NCBI GenBank assembly: GCA_036824855.1
Contig: DAISZK010000005.1
Span: 2,775 to 66,774, forward strand
DNA from: Chthoniobacterales bacterium
Lineage (GTDB): Bacteria > Verrucomicrobiota > Verrucomicrobiia > Chthoniobacterales > UBA6821
DNA: 64,000 nt
Direction of reading: 5' to 3'
A program made the translations under genes and the position numbers. Below are positions 17,694-26,155 of the stretch, piece after piece (the first letter of the stretch is position 1; every line of letters starts with the position of its first letter). The notes below the pieces were generated by a model. That model was not told the DNA's origin, did no database searches, and saw only the letters and a program-made list of their open reading frames with translations.

Positions 17694-18560
17694 CTACTGA
17701 GGAGGATTCGTCACCGTATAATAAATGGCAGAGTAAGGAACATTCGACTGTTGATTAACCGTATTGAACGAAGTGTAGGTATCAGCCACACGGATTCCCT
17801 GAACGGTAATGGGGATATTGCTGTAGGAAACCTGTACGGGAAGTGTTCCTTCCACTCCCGTGATTGCAGGACCACTATTAGTAACTCCAAAAGGCGTTTG
17901 TTGCGTCAACTGCTGTTGAATTAGGGTGCCAGAGGCTGTAAATGTCTGGTTCGGATAACTGTTCTGAACATTCCCGTCAAAGGATCCATTCATATAAACC
18001 CCATCTTGCACCATGTTGGTTCCTTGCGGCTCCAGAGCAATAGTGTTAGTAATTATATAATTTGTAGGAATTGAAGTTGTATTTGTTACACCGTTGATTA
18101 CAGAGGTGCCCTGAACTGTTCCTTGAATATTGGTCGTCACATTAATATAGACCGGAAAATTATTAGTGTTGAAAATCTCAGGGTAAATAGTCGAGGAGTT
18201 GGTTCCGGAAAGACTTTGCCCACCCCAGATCTGACCATCGATGGTACCCGACGAAGGGTTCCACATTCCTGCGGAATTTCCCATGTAGGTATTGCCTTGA
18301 AATACAATGACTGAGGAACCCGAGGAATTGGTACTGACGCCATTAGTACTCTCTCCTGTGCTGAAGAGAATGGTTCCACTGAGATTCTCACCACGCACCA
18401 CCGCGCTGAAGGTACCGGTAGTCTGGAAGAAAGTTCCGTTGCCGTAAGGGTTACCGTTCTTGTTGGAGGCACCCGCATGAAGCTGCGGAATCATGCACAG
18501 GAGCAGGGCACCTAGAGTGACTTTGAAGCAGGCTTTGAGAGGGGAAGTTGGGAGAGTCAT
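17694..18560 (-). CDS. Secreted Asn/Thr/Gly/Gln-rich protein of unknown function
   Basis: The internal ATG at 18560 gives MTLPTSPLKACFKVTLGALLLCMIPQLHA|GA, a Sec signal peptide; the track ORF begins at an upstream TTG. The mature part has almost no charged residues and is rich in N/T/G/S/Q/V. I recognise no family. Confidence 0.6.
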   Translation of the reverse strand: MTLPTSPLKACFKVTLGALLLCMIPQLHAGASNKNGNPYGNGTFFQTTGTFSAVVRGENLSGTILFSTGESTNGVSTNSSGSSVIVFQGNTYMGNSAGMWNPSSGTIDGQIWGGQSLSGTNSSTIYPEIFNTNNFPVYINVTTNIQGTVQGTSVINGVTNTTSIPTNYIITNTIALEPQGTNMVQDGVYMNGSFDGNVQNSYPNQTFTASGTLIQQQLTQQTPFGVTNSGPAITGVEGTLPVQVSYSNIPITVQGIRVADTYTSFNTVNQQSNVPYSAIYYTVTNPPQ

Positions 18561-18706
18561 GATCGGTCGTACTTTATCTGTGGCTTTGGGCTTTTCTGTC
18601 AAAACAAATCAGACGACTGAAAGAAGATTCCGAAGCCTTGGAAATCGAGTCCGAGCCTCCGGTTTTTCTTCATACTTGAGCTTTCATCCTTCAGCATTTT
18701 CCTTCG

Positions 18707-19693
18707 ATGTCCTCGCGCCTCTCCGACTATCAATACCATCTTCCCTCGGAACTGATAGCCAATCGGCCGACTGAGAGGCGCGAGCAGTCCCGGATGATGG
18801 TTGTCGACCGAAGCACCGGAACGATCTCTCATCAGCATTTTACAGAATTCCCCTCTTTCATCACGCCAACGGATCTCGTCATCCTTAATGACAGCAGGGT
18901 CATTCCAGCTCGCCTGCACGATCCTACGGGAAAGATCGAGATCCTGCTGCTCGAGAAACATTCCCCGCTCCGCTGGTCAGCCATGGTTCGTCCCGGGAAG
19001 AAGATGCGCCAGGGCACCAGTGTCGATGTGGCCGGAACAGAGGCTACAGTCCTCGGGATCCATGAGGATGGGACTCGGTTGCTGGAGTTCGCCGCTCCAC
19101 CCGATCTGGATAGACATGGCGAAATGCCGATCCCTCCCTACTTTCATCGTCCGGCTGATGCTCAGGACAAGGAGCGTTATCAGACAGTCTTCGCCCAGGA
19201 TCCAGGATCTGTCGCAGCTCCCACCGCAGGACTGCACTTCACTCCGGAAATCCTCGCTAAGATCCCTCACTCCTTCCTGACGCTGCATGTGGGGGCCGGC
19301 ACCTTCCAACCGGTCAAATCCGAGAATCTCTTGGAGCATAGGATGCACCTGGAACACTACACACTACCGGTCGACGCGGCGGCTCGCATCAACTCCACCA
19401 AGAATCATGGAGGACGCCTCGTCGCCATCGGGACAACCTCGACCCGCGTTCTGGAATCTCAGCCACCGGGTGAACTCGTAGCAACGAGTGGATCGACAGA
19501 CATCTTTATCCGTCCACCCTACCAGTTCCAGAGAGTTGATATGCTCCTAACCAATTTCCATTTGCCAGGATCAACATTACTGATGCTGGTGAGTGCGTTC
19601 GCAGGACGGGAACTGATCATGGAGGCCTACGACGAGGCGGTCCACGAAAAATACAGATTCTTCAGCTATGGCGACTGCATGCTGATTGTGTGA
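18707..19693 (+). CDS. queA: S-adenosylmethionine:tRNA ribosyltransferase-isomerase
   Basis: The N-terminus LSDYQYHLPSELIANRPTERREQSRMMVV, the length (328 aa) and the C-terminal FFSYGDCMLI are typical of QueA. Confidence 0.9.
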   Translation: MSSRLSDYQYHLPSELIANRPTERREQSRMMVVDRSTGTISHQHFTEFPSFITPTDLVILNDSRVIPARLHDPTGKIEILLLEKHSPLRWSAMVRPGKKMRQGTSVDVAGTEATVLGIHEDGTRLLEFAAPPDLDRHGEMPIPPYFHRPADAQDKERYQTVFAQDPGSVAAPTAGLHFTPEILAKIPHSFLTLHVGAGTFQPVKSENLLEHRMHLEHYTLPVDAAARINSTKNHGGRLVAIGTTSTRVLESQPPGELVATSGSTDIFIRPPYQFQRVDMLLTNFHLPGSTLLMLVSAFAGRELIMEAYDEAVHEKYRFFSYGDCMLIV

Positions 19694-19703
19694 CGGGAAG
19701 TAT

Positions 19704-19867
19704 GAAAATATGGAACTCAGGAAAGCAGGAACTAAAGTTGACGAGTTGAAGCCCCTGCTTGATGAACTTGCATGTTATCAATTCATCCTGAAGCACCTCA
19801 TCTTGCCGCTTCTTCCTCTCAATTTTATTTCTCTGATTTTTTCCTAATTTCATGAGTTCCATATTTC
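19704..19867. repeat. MITE/REP-like inverted-repeat element, copy A
   Basis: The left arm is GAAAATATGGAACTCAGGAAAGCAGGAA (19704-19731). The right arm at 19841-19867 reverse-complements to GAAATATGGAACTCATGAAATTAGGAA. The element fills the queA/HD-nuclease spacer. Confidence 0.7.
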
Positions 19868-19898
19868 ATTAGTCTCACTTCTATTCACTATTTCCACT

Positions 19899-20978
19899 AT
19901 GCCCTTGATGACCATTTCAGAACTAAAGAAAGCTGCTCGTGAATACTCTCCACAGGAGGTGGTGGTGCATGCCCAGATCGAAAAGATTATGCGCAAGGAG
20001 GCCTCCAATGGGAAGCCATTCTTTGAGGCAATCTTCAGGGATGCCACTGAGAGCCTCACGCTGAGAGCTTGGGCTGACAGCGTAGCCTTTGAGTCATGCT
20101 CAGGTGCAAAGCCCGAGGAGTTCGTCATGATCGAAGGACAGTTCAGCCATAGCTCTGCCTATGGTCTCGATGCCAAAGGCTGGGAAATGACTCCTCTCCC
20201 CGACGAGTCGGTGGATCTCTTGCTGGAGGGCTCTGCCGAGAGGATCGTCCTGCTGGATCGCGCCTACGCTATCATCACCGATGCGGTGGACAGCATCCGT
20301 GATCCGAGGATGAAGGCCCTGTGCCATCGCTTCCTTGTCCAACATGGCTCACGTTTTCGCAGGGCGGCTGCGGCCCGAGGGAATCATCATGCCCGGCGAG
20401 GAGGGCTTCTGGAACATACTTCGCGGATGATGGAATCGGCCTTGGCGCTCTGCACGGTCTATCCCGAACTCCATCGCGACCTGCTCATTGCTGGGGTTCT
20501 CTTCCATGACACGGGAAAGCTTTGGGAAACATGTCCTCCGGTACGGGGCTTCGGCATCGAGACGGAACCGCGTGGCGAACTGCTGGGGCATCTTTCGATA
20601 GGCATCGAGCTGGTCAATATGCTCTGGCGTGATCTTCCCAAGGAAGGCTGGGATACCATGGTACCGGCATCGGAAGATGTCCGCATTCATCTTCTCCATC
20701 TAGTGGCCTCTCATCATGGACAGCTTGAATTCGGCTCACCTGTTCTTCCCAAAACTCCCGAGGCCGCCTTGCTTCACTTCGTGGACAATATCGATGCTAG
20801 GATGGAGATGTTCCTCACAGCCTACGCCAGCGGTAATGCCTCAGCAAATGGACAACGGGAGTGGGTCCGTCCCTTGGGAGTTGCTCCGGTCACACCACTC
20901 GCTCACTTCCCTCTCCAGGAAGAGTCCTCGAAGGGAGTTATGACAGCGCCCAAGCAATATTCGGATTCACTACTTTAA
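19899..20978 (+). CDS. OB-fold + HD-domain phosphohydrolase, YhaM-like 3'-5' exoribonuclease family
   Basis: An N-terminal OB-like region is followed by an HD domain (LLEHTSRMM..., GVLFHDTGKL, LVASHHGQLEFGSP). Confidence 0.7.
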   Translation: MPLMTISELKKAAREYSPQEVVVHAQIEKIMRKEASNGKPFFEAIFRDATESLTLRAWADSVAFESCSGAKPEEFVMIEGQFSHSSAYGLDAKGWEMTPLPDESVDLLLEGSAERIVLLDRAYAIITDAVDSIRDPRMKALCHRFLVQHGSRFRRAAAARGNHHARRGGLLEHTSRMMESALALCTVYPELHRDLLIAGVLFHDTGKLWETCPPVRGFGIETEPRGELLGHLSIGIELVNMLWRDLPKEGWDTMVPASEDVRIHLLHLVASHHGQLEFGSPVLPKTPEAALLHFVDNIDARMEMFLTAYASGNASANGQREWVRPLGVAPVTPLAHFPLQEESSKGVMTAPKQYSDSLL

Positions 20979-21019
20979 TCTTGCCAAGAAGCACCAAAAA
21001 AAGTCATTCATACCAACCC

Positions 21020-21448
21020 GTGAAAAAGATTCCCCTCATTCTGATTGCCCTTTTCCTCTCAGGAACCAGCTCGCTAGTTTTTGCAGACATTCAGGCTCCC
21101 CCAGCATCCGACCAAGGACCGACTCGTAAACTGGGTCGTGGTATTGCGAATATGCTCTATGGCACCACGGAGATCATTGATTCAATGTCGGATGTGAATT
21201 ACACGGATGGTAACTCCGCCGCATTCAGTTATGGTCTTGTCCGTGGTCTTGGCAGAACCTTTGCTCGTCTTGGATATGGTATCTTTGAAACAGTGACCTT
21301 CCCCTTCCCTACCCAGCACGGCACCTACCAACCTCCTTACAACAACAACATTCAGTGGCTCAACTCGGGCTACTCGGAGTTCCCACCAGAGGTTGGATTC
21401 GAAACGAAATACGACTACTGCCGCCAATACTCGATCCAGAGTTGGTAG
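21020..21448 (+). CDS. Small secreted protein, resembles exosortase-system-associated TIGR04073 family
   Basis: The in-frame GTG at 21020 gives (M)KKIPLILIALFLSGTSSLVFA|DIQ, a signal peptide; the track ORF start at 20861 overlaps the upstream gene. The RKLGRGIANMLYGTTEI motif matches what I recall of TIGR04073, but this is unverified. Confidence 0.5.
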   Translation: MKKIPLILIALFLSGTSSLVFADIQAPPASDQGPTRKLGRGIANMLYGTTEIIDSMSDVNYTDGNSAAFSYGLVRGLGRTFARLGYGIFETVTFPFPTQHGTYQPPYNNNIQWLNSGYSEFPPEVGFETKYDYCRQYSIQSW

Positions 21449-21507
21449 TATCAGCCTTAATGGCTGATACGAGGAAGCTTATCTCAAGCTTACTTGCCGA
21501 GAGATTT

Positions 21508-21630
21508 AAAATATGGAACTCAGGAAAGCAGGAAGAAGTTCAAGGTGCTTTCTAAAAACTGAGTCTCATTGAATAAAACCTTCAAGGAAGAGTGTCTCCT
21601 TCTTCAGTTCCGTTCCTGAGTTCCACATTT
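21508..21630. repeat. MITE/REP-like inverted-repeat element, copy B
   Basis: The left arm is AAAATATGGAACTCAGGAAAGCAGGAAGAAG (21508-21538). The right arm at 21599-21630 reverse-complements to AAATGTGGAACTCAGGAACGGAACTGAAGAAG. It lies between convergent genes and abuts the tgt stop codon. Confidence 0.7.
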
Positions 21631-22783
21631 ATACTTCTTTCTCTTCCGCATTCCAGACGCGGTAACCAGCGACGAATTCCTTACGGAATTCTGCAAACGA
21701 TCCATCCAGAATCGTTTCCCTGATCTTCCTCATGAGGGAGAGGTAGAAGTGAAGATTATGCAGTGAGACAAGACGCAGTCCGAGGATCTCCTCGGCCTTG
21801 ATCAAATGCCTTAGGTAGGAGCGTGAGAAGGTCGTGCACGCGGGACAGGTACATCCCTCCTCAATCGGGAGAGGATCCCGGGTGTAAGGGGCGTTCTTGA
21901 GATTCATGGTTCCCTTTGCCGTGAAGGCCGTGCCATTGCGGGCGATCCGCGTAGGAAGGACACAGTCGAACATATCGATCCCCCGTGCCACCATCTCGAC
22001 CAACTGAGGGGGTGTACCAAGCCCCATAGCATAGCGGGGGGCACTCTCTGGCAAGAACGGAACGCTCGATTCGACTGCCTTCATCATCTCGGACTCAGGC
22101 TCCCCGACACTGACACCACCAACCGCATAACCGTCGAAGCCGATTTCGACAAGCGAGCGAGCTGATTTCTCCCGGAGATCGGCATGGGAACTCCCCTGAA
22201 CGATGCCGAAAAGCAGGGGGCGTCCCTCTTCGGGTTGAGTACGCCACCACTCGCGGGAGCGACGCTCCCAGCGGGTCGTGAGATCGAGACTCTTTGCTGC
22301 CTCATCGTAGGTGCAGGGGAATGGAGGGCACTCGTCAAATGCCATGACCACATCGCTACCAAGATCACGCTGGATCTGCATGGAGGTCTCGGGGCCAATG
22401 AAGGTGGGTGTGCCGTCGAGATGATTCTGAAAATGAACCCCCTCCTCGGTAATGCGGCGAAGCTTCGCGAGGGAAAAGACCTGGAATCCCCCACTATCGG
22501 TCAGAATCGATCGATCCCAACCCATGAAGCGGTGAAGGCCCCCCATCTCTTCGATGACTTTCTCGCCCGGCCGAACATGCAGGTGGTAGGTATTGCCGAG
22601 AATAATCTTCGCACCCAGGGCTCGGAGTTCGTCGGGAGAGACGGCCTTAACCGTGGCCTGAGTTCCCACCGGCATGAAGACAGGGGTCTCCACATCGCTG
22701 CGACGTGTATGAAGGATTCCTGCCCGCGCCTTACTAGAGGCATCAGTCTTGAGGAGGGTGAAGGGGGAGACAGAATTACTCAC
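21629..22783 (-). CDS. tgt: Queuine tRNA-ribosyltransferase (tRNA-guanine transglycosylase)
   Basis: Typical Tgt sequence: ARAGILHTRRSDVETPVFMPVGTQATVK, GNTYHL, and the Zn site CTCPAC...H. The start codon is GTG. Confidence 0.92.
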   Translation of the reverse strand: MSNSVSPFTLLKTDASSKARAGILHTRRSDVETPVFMPVGTQATVKAVSPDELRALGAKIILGNTYHLHVRPGEKVIEEMGGLHRFMGWDRSILTDSGGFQVFSLAKLRRITEEGVHFQNHLDGTPTFIGPETSMQIQRDLGSDVVMAFDECPPFPCTYDEAAKSLDLTTRWERRSREWWRTQPEEGRPLLFGIVQGSSHADLREKSARSLVEIGFDGYAVGGVSVGEPESEMMKAVESSVPFLPESAPRYAMGLGTPPQLVEMVARGIDMFDCVLPTRIARNGTAFTAKGTMNLKNAPYTRDPLPIEEGCTCPACTTFSRSYLRHLIKAEEILGLRLVSLHNLHFYLSLMRKIRETILDGSFAEFRKEFVAGYRVWNAEEKEV

Positions 22784-22810
22784 AGGGAAAAAAAGAGGGC
22801 CATTAGACTG

Positions 22811-22918
22811 AAAATATAAATAAGAAACTCAGGAACTGAAGAAGGTAAAAACCAGGAAACGATTAAGTGGAAAGCAACATGCTTTCATTCCCCTTCCTGA
22901 GTTCCTGAGTTCCAAATT
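22811..22918. repeat. MITE/REP-like inverted-repeat element, copy C
   Basis: The left arm at 22811-22845 contains GAAACTCAGGAACTGAAGAAGG. The right arm at 22892-22918 reverse-complements to AATTTGGAACTCAGGAACTCAGGAAGG. The element fills the tgt/pyrC spacer. Confidence 0.65.
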
Positions 22919-22931
22919 AAAAATCAATTCC

Positions 22932-24230
22932 TCAGTTTCTGAAACCGTTTTCCAGATCCCAGACGGTCTTTCCTCCAACGATCGTTCGCAGGGCTCTTCC
23001 ACGCAGGGAGTGACCATGAAAAGGAGTGTTCCGTGAGAGTGATGCCGAAGCGTTCTTATCAACGGTCCAGGCATGATCCGGATCCAGGATCGTAATATCA
23101 GCAGGGGCACCGATGGAGAGAGTTCCCCGATCGAGACGAAGGAACTTGGCGGGGTTGATGGTCAGCATTCCAAGGATTTGCGGCAGTGTAAGAGCCCTGC
23201 TCTGATGAAGCAGGATCTCCAGGAAGAGTGCCAGCTCCGTTTCCAGTCCCAGAATACCGAAAGGTGCACGATCGAACTCCACCTCCTTCTCATAGGTGGC
23301 GTGCGGGGCATGATCACTGGCGAGGATGGTGATGGTCCCGTCCGCGATGCCGGCAATGATCTCGTCGATATCAGCCTGCGTACGCAGGGGAGGATTCATC
23401 TTGAAGTTCGTGTCAAAGGTCTTCAGTTCGCCGTCGGTGAGAGCAATGTGATGGGGACAGGCTTCGGCCGTAATCGGAACGCCGCGACGTCGGGCCTCGC
23501 GGAGTAGGCGGACACTGCGTGCCGAGCTGATGTGCTGGCAGTGAATGGGATGCCCCGTCTCCTCGGCGAGCAGGATATTTCTGGCAACAATGAGATCTTC
23601 AGCGATGGCGGGCCATCCCGGCAGACCGAGCCGGGTGCTCCACTCACCCTCATTCATGACTCCATCGGAGCTCAGGGTGGACTCCTGGCAATGATCCATG
23701 ATGGGCAATCCGTACTGGCGGGCATATTCCACGGCACGACGCATCACCCCATGGTTCTGAACACAACGGCCGTCATCCGTCAGCGCCACAACTCCCGCTG
23801 CAGCAAGTGCCCCGATCGGAGCCATCTCTTCGCCGGAAAGCCCCCTGGTGATGGCTCCCGTACAAAAGACATTCACGCAGGCCGTGGAGGCGGCGCGCTC
23901 CTGAATCCAAGCAATCGTCGCAGGACTGTCGGCAACAGGCGACGTGTTCGGCATGCAAACCACCGTGGTGAAGCCCCCGGCGGCAGCACATCGAGCACCG
24001 GTCTCGATCGTCTCTTTGTGTGATTGGCCGGGTTCACGGAAATGGACATGGATGTCAATGAGACCGGGCGAGACCACCTTGCCGGTAGCATCGATGACCT
24101 CAACGTCTTTTTCACTCTTGGGAAGCGAACCGACGATGAGGCCATCTCTCACAAAGAGATCTCCGATCCGGTCGATTCCATTGGCCGAATCAATGATTCG
24201 GCCTCCCTTGATTTGCAGTGAAGTGTTCAT
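22932..24230 (-). CDS. pyrC: Dihydroorotase
   Basis: Motifs [13 protein letters not shown] and the amidohydrolase fold are present. The ATG at 24230 ([14 protein letters not shown]) overlaps the pyrB stop as ATGA; the track ORF extends 16 codons further upstream. Confidence 0.9.
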   Translation of the reverse strand: MNTSLQIKGGRIIDSANGIDRIGDLFVRDGLIVGSLPKSEKDVEVIDATGKVVSPGLIDIHVHFREPGQSHKETIETGARCAAAGGFTTVVCMPNTSPVADSPATIAWIQERAASTACVNVFCTGAITRGLSGEEMAPIGALAAAGVVALTDDGRCVQNHGVMRRAVEYARQYGLPIMDHCQESTLSSDGVMNEGEWSTRLGLPGWPAIAEDLIVARNILLAEETGHPIHCQHISSARSVRLLREARRRGVPITAEACPHHIALTDGELKTFDTNFKMNPPLRTQADIDEIIAGIADGTITILASDHAPHATYEKEVEFDRAPFGILGLETELALFLEILLHQSRALTLPQILGMLTINPAKFLRLDRGTLSIGAPADITILDPDHAWTVDKNASASLSRNTPFHGHSLRGRALRTIVGGKTVWDLENGFRN

Positions 24231-25189
24231 GAAAGTGTATTGGAAGCAACCGGAGCAAAGGGTGCTCCACCGGAACAAAGGTAAAGAACGGCCATGCGGA
24301 CGGCCAGACCGTTGGTTACCTGATCGAGAATGACACTTCCCCTCCCATCCGCGACATCACTGTCGATCTCGACACCGCGGTTCATCGGCCCGGGATGCAT
24401 GATCAGGCATTCGGTATTAATCCGCGCGGCACGTTTCTTCGTCAGACCGAACCGTGATGTGTACTCCCCTACTCCGGGAAAATATTCCTTACGCTGACGC
24501 TCATGCTGGATACGCAGGAGGTTGATGACATCCACCTGTTCCAAAACTTCATCAATGCTGTGGGCCAGCTTGACTCCGAGGGAAGCGAATGTTGAGGGAA
24601 CAAGGGTGGAGGGGCCAACCAGCGTCACCTCAGCGCCGAGTTTTGTGAGAAGCTGGATATTGGAGCGAGCCACGCGACTGAAAAGAATATCACCGACGAT
24701 CGCCACGCGGACTCCCTCGATCCGGCCAAGCTTCTCGCGGATCGTGAAAGCGTCGAGAAGTCCCTGGGTGGGGTGCTCGTGCGCGCCGTCGCCTGCATTG
24801 ATGATGGAGGCATCGAGTCGATCTGCCAGGAAGCGGGCGCTGCCAGCGGACTTGTGCCTGATGACGATGAGATCGGCACGGAGGGCTTCCAGATTACGGG
24901 CTGTGTCGAGAAGGGTCTCACCCTTCTCCAGACTCGAGGCGGAGGCGGAGATATTGACCACGTCGGCACTCAGGCGCATCGCGGCCAGCTCGAAGGAAAT
25001 ACGGGTCCGGGTGCTCGGTTCGATGAAAAAGTTCACCAATGTCTTTCCGCGAAGTGCCGGGACTTTCTTGAGATTGCGCTCTCCCACCCCCTTGAAGGCC
25101 TTTGCCGTGTCGAGGATCGTGATCAACTCCTCGGGGGTATGATCCGCAAGGGCGCAGAGATCCTTATGCTTCCAAAGTTGCGTGGTCAT
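24227..25189 (-). CDS. pyrB: Aspartate carbamoyltransferase catalytic subunit
   Basis: Motifs [22 protein letters not shown] and [11 protein letters not shown] are present. Confidence 0.93.
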   Translation of the reverse strand: MTTQLWKHKDLCALADHTPEELITILDTAKAFKGVGERNLKKVPALRGKTLVNFFIEPSTRTRISFELAAMRLSADVVNISASASSLEKGETLLDTARNLEALRADLIVIRHKSAGSARFLADRLDASIINAGDGAHEHPTQGLLDAFTIREKLGRIEGVRVAIVGDILFSRVARSNIQLLTKLGAEVTLVGPSTLVPSTFASLGVKLAHSIDEVLEQVDVINLLRIQHERQRKEYFPGVGEYTSRFGLTKKRAARINTECLIMHPGPMNRGVEIDSDVADGRGSVILDQVTNGLAVRMAVLYLCSGGAPFAPVASNTLS

Positions 25190-25821
25190 GATTGAGAAGA
25201 GGAAGTTGCTTGCTGAAGCGTCATGTGAACAAGGGCCACCGAATCAGGAACGTTGTCGATCTCCTCGAACCGGACCCTGATCCGATCGGAAAAAGACGTG
25301 GGCACGTTCTTGCCGACAAAGTCTGCGCGGATCGGCAGTTCGCGGTGACCTCGATCGACCAGAGCCGCCAACTGAATCCGTGAGGGGCGACCAAAGGAGG
25401 CGATGGCATCCATGGCGGCACGGCAACTGCGACCCGTGTAGAGGACATCATCAATCAGCACCAAGGGGCGGCCGTCAAGATCCAGCGGAAGTTCCGTTGG
25501 CTCCAGAGCGCTCAGACTGATCCTTGTGGCAAGATCGTCACGATGCATGGAGACATCCACAACTCCCAACTCCGGAGTGATCCCCTCAATCTCGGCAATG
25601 TGAGAAGCGATGCGACTTGCGATAATTTTTCCCCGTGTGGGAATTCCTGCAATGACCAATCGTGAAAGATCCTGATTCTGCTCGATGATCTCGTGGGCGA
25701 TGCGACGGATTGCCTTGCGGATTGAGTCAGCATCCATGACCACGGTGAACTCTCCCAACGCACCCGCTGGAGGAGGCTGAGATAAACTAACGGGCGTCTT
25801 GGTTGATTCGGTTGGTTTCAT
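25186..25821 (-). CDS. pyrR: Bifunctional pyrimidine operon regulator / uracil phosphoribosyltransferase
   Basis: The PRTase motif [13 protein letters not shown] and [17 protein letters not shown] are present. The stop overlaps the pyrB start as ATGA. Confidence 0.9.
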   Translation of the reverse strand: MKPTESTKTPVSLSQPPPAGALGEFTVVMDADSIRKAIRRIAHEIIEQNQDLSRLVIAGIPTRGKIIASRIASHIAEIEGITPELGVVDVSMHRDDLATRISLSALEPTELPLDLDGRPLVLIDDVLYTGRSCRAAMDAIASFGRPSRIQLAALVDRGHRELPIRADFVGKNVPTSFSDRIRVRFEEIDNVPDSVALVHMTLQQATSSSQS

Positions 25822-25886
25822 GATCCTTGGTGGTCTCGCGGGGCCCCCTTAAAGGAAATAGAGAAGAGGAAATGTAGAAGTAGTGG

Positions 25887-26111
25887 CTAGCCGGCTGTTT
25901 TTTTGGCTGCCGCACGGGCCTGACGCCAAGACGTGCGATGCTTCGTCATCCAATCGAGAAGTGCCTTTTCAAATCCAATGTCACGACCATGCTTCTCACT
26001 TTCGCACCATTTGTGACGGAGAATTTCCTCCCTTTCCGCTTGGAACTCCCTGTAGAGGGTAGAATTCCTGAGCAGATCACCTGCATCGCCTGATGCTGGA
26101 TTTCGTGTCAT
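25887..26111 (-). CDS. Small (74 aa) basic hypothetical protein
   Basis: The ORF starts at an ATG and lies between the ABC transporter and pyrR on the same strand. The helical motif FQAEREEILRHKWCESEKHGRDIGFEKALLDW looks conserved, but I cannot name the family with confidence. Confidence 0.5.
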   Translation of the reverse strand: MTRNPASGDAGDLLRNSTLYREFQAEREEILRHKWCESEKHGRDIGFEKALLDWMTKHRTSWRQARAAAKKTAG

Positions 26112-26155
26112 TAATAATTATATTACCGGAGACACCCAAAGGAGTCAACCTTCAC

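Noticed and set aside
19709-19727. The TGGAAC...AAGCA string in the left arms of the inverted-repeat elements resembles a sigma-54 -24/-12 promoter (TGGCAC-N5-TTGCA).
   Set aside because: The GG-to-GC spacing is one nucleotide too long. In addition, copy B points at no downstream gene because it lies between convergent genes.
24227-24230. Recurrent 4-nt ATGA/GTGA stop-start overlaps: pyrB/pyrC 24227, pyrR/pyrB 25186, proC/TPR 28937, dac/uvrD 30624, aaeX-like/hlyD 34860, SRPBCC/KS 40923, HAD/tlyA 49403, tlyA/nadK 50209, and possibly 51541.
   Set aside because: This is ordinary translational coupling in compact bacterial operons. It helps with start-codon choice but is not novel in itself.
25822-25886. 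Looked for a PyrR-binding RNA hairpin (consensus around UCCAGAGAGG) in the pyrR leader.
   Set aside because: There is only a weak resemblance (CCCCGCGAGACC within a possible CCUU...AAGG stem), which is not convincing without covariation data.
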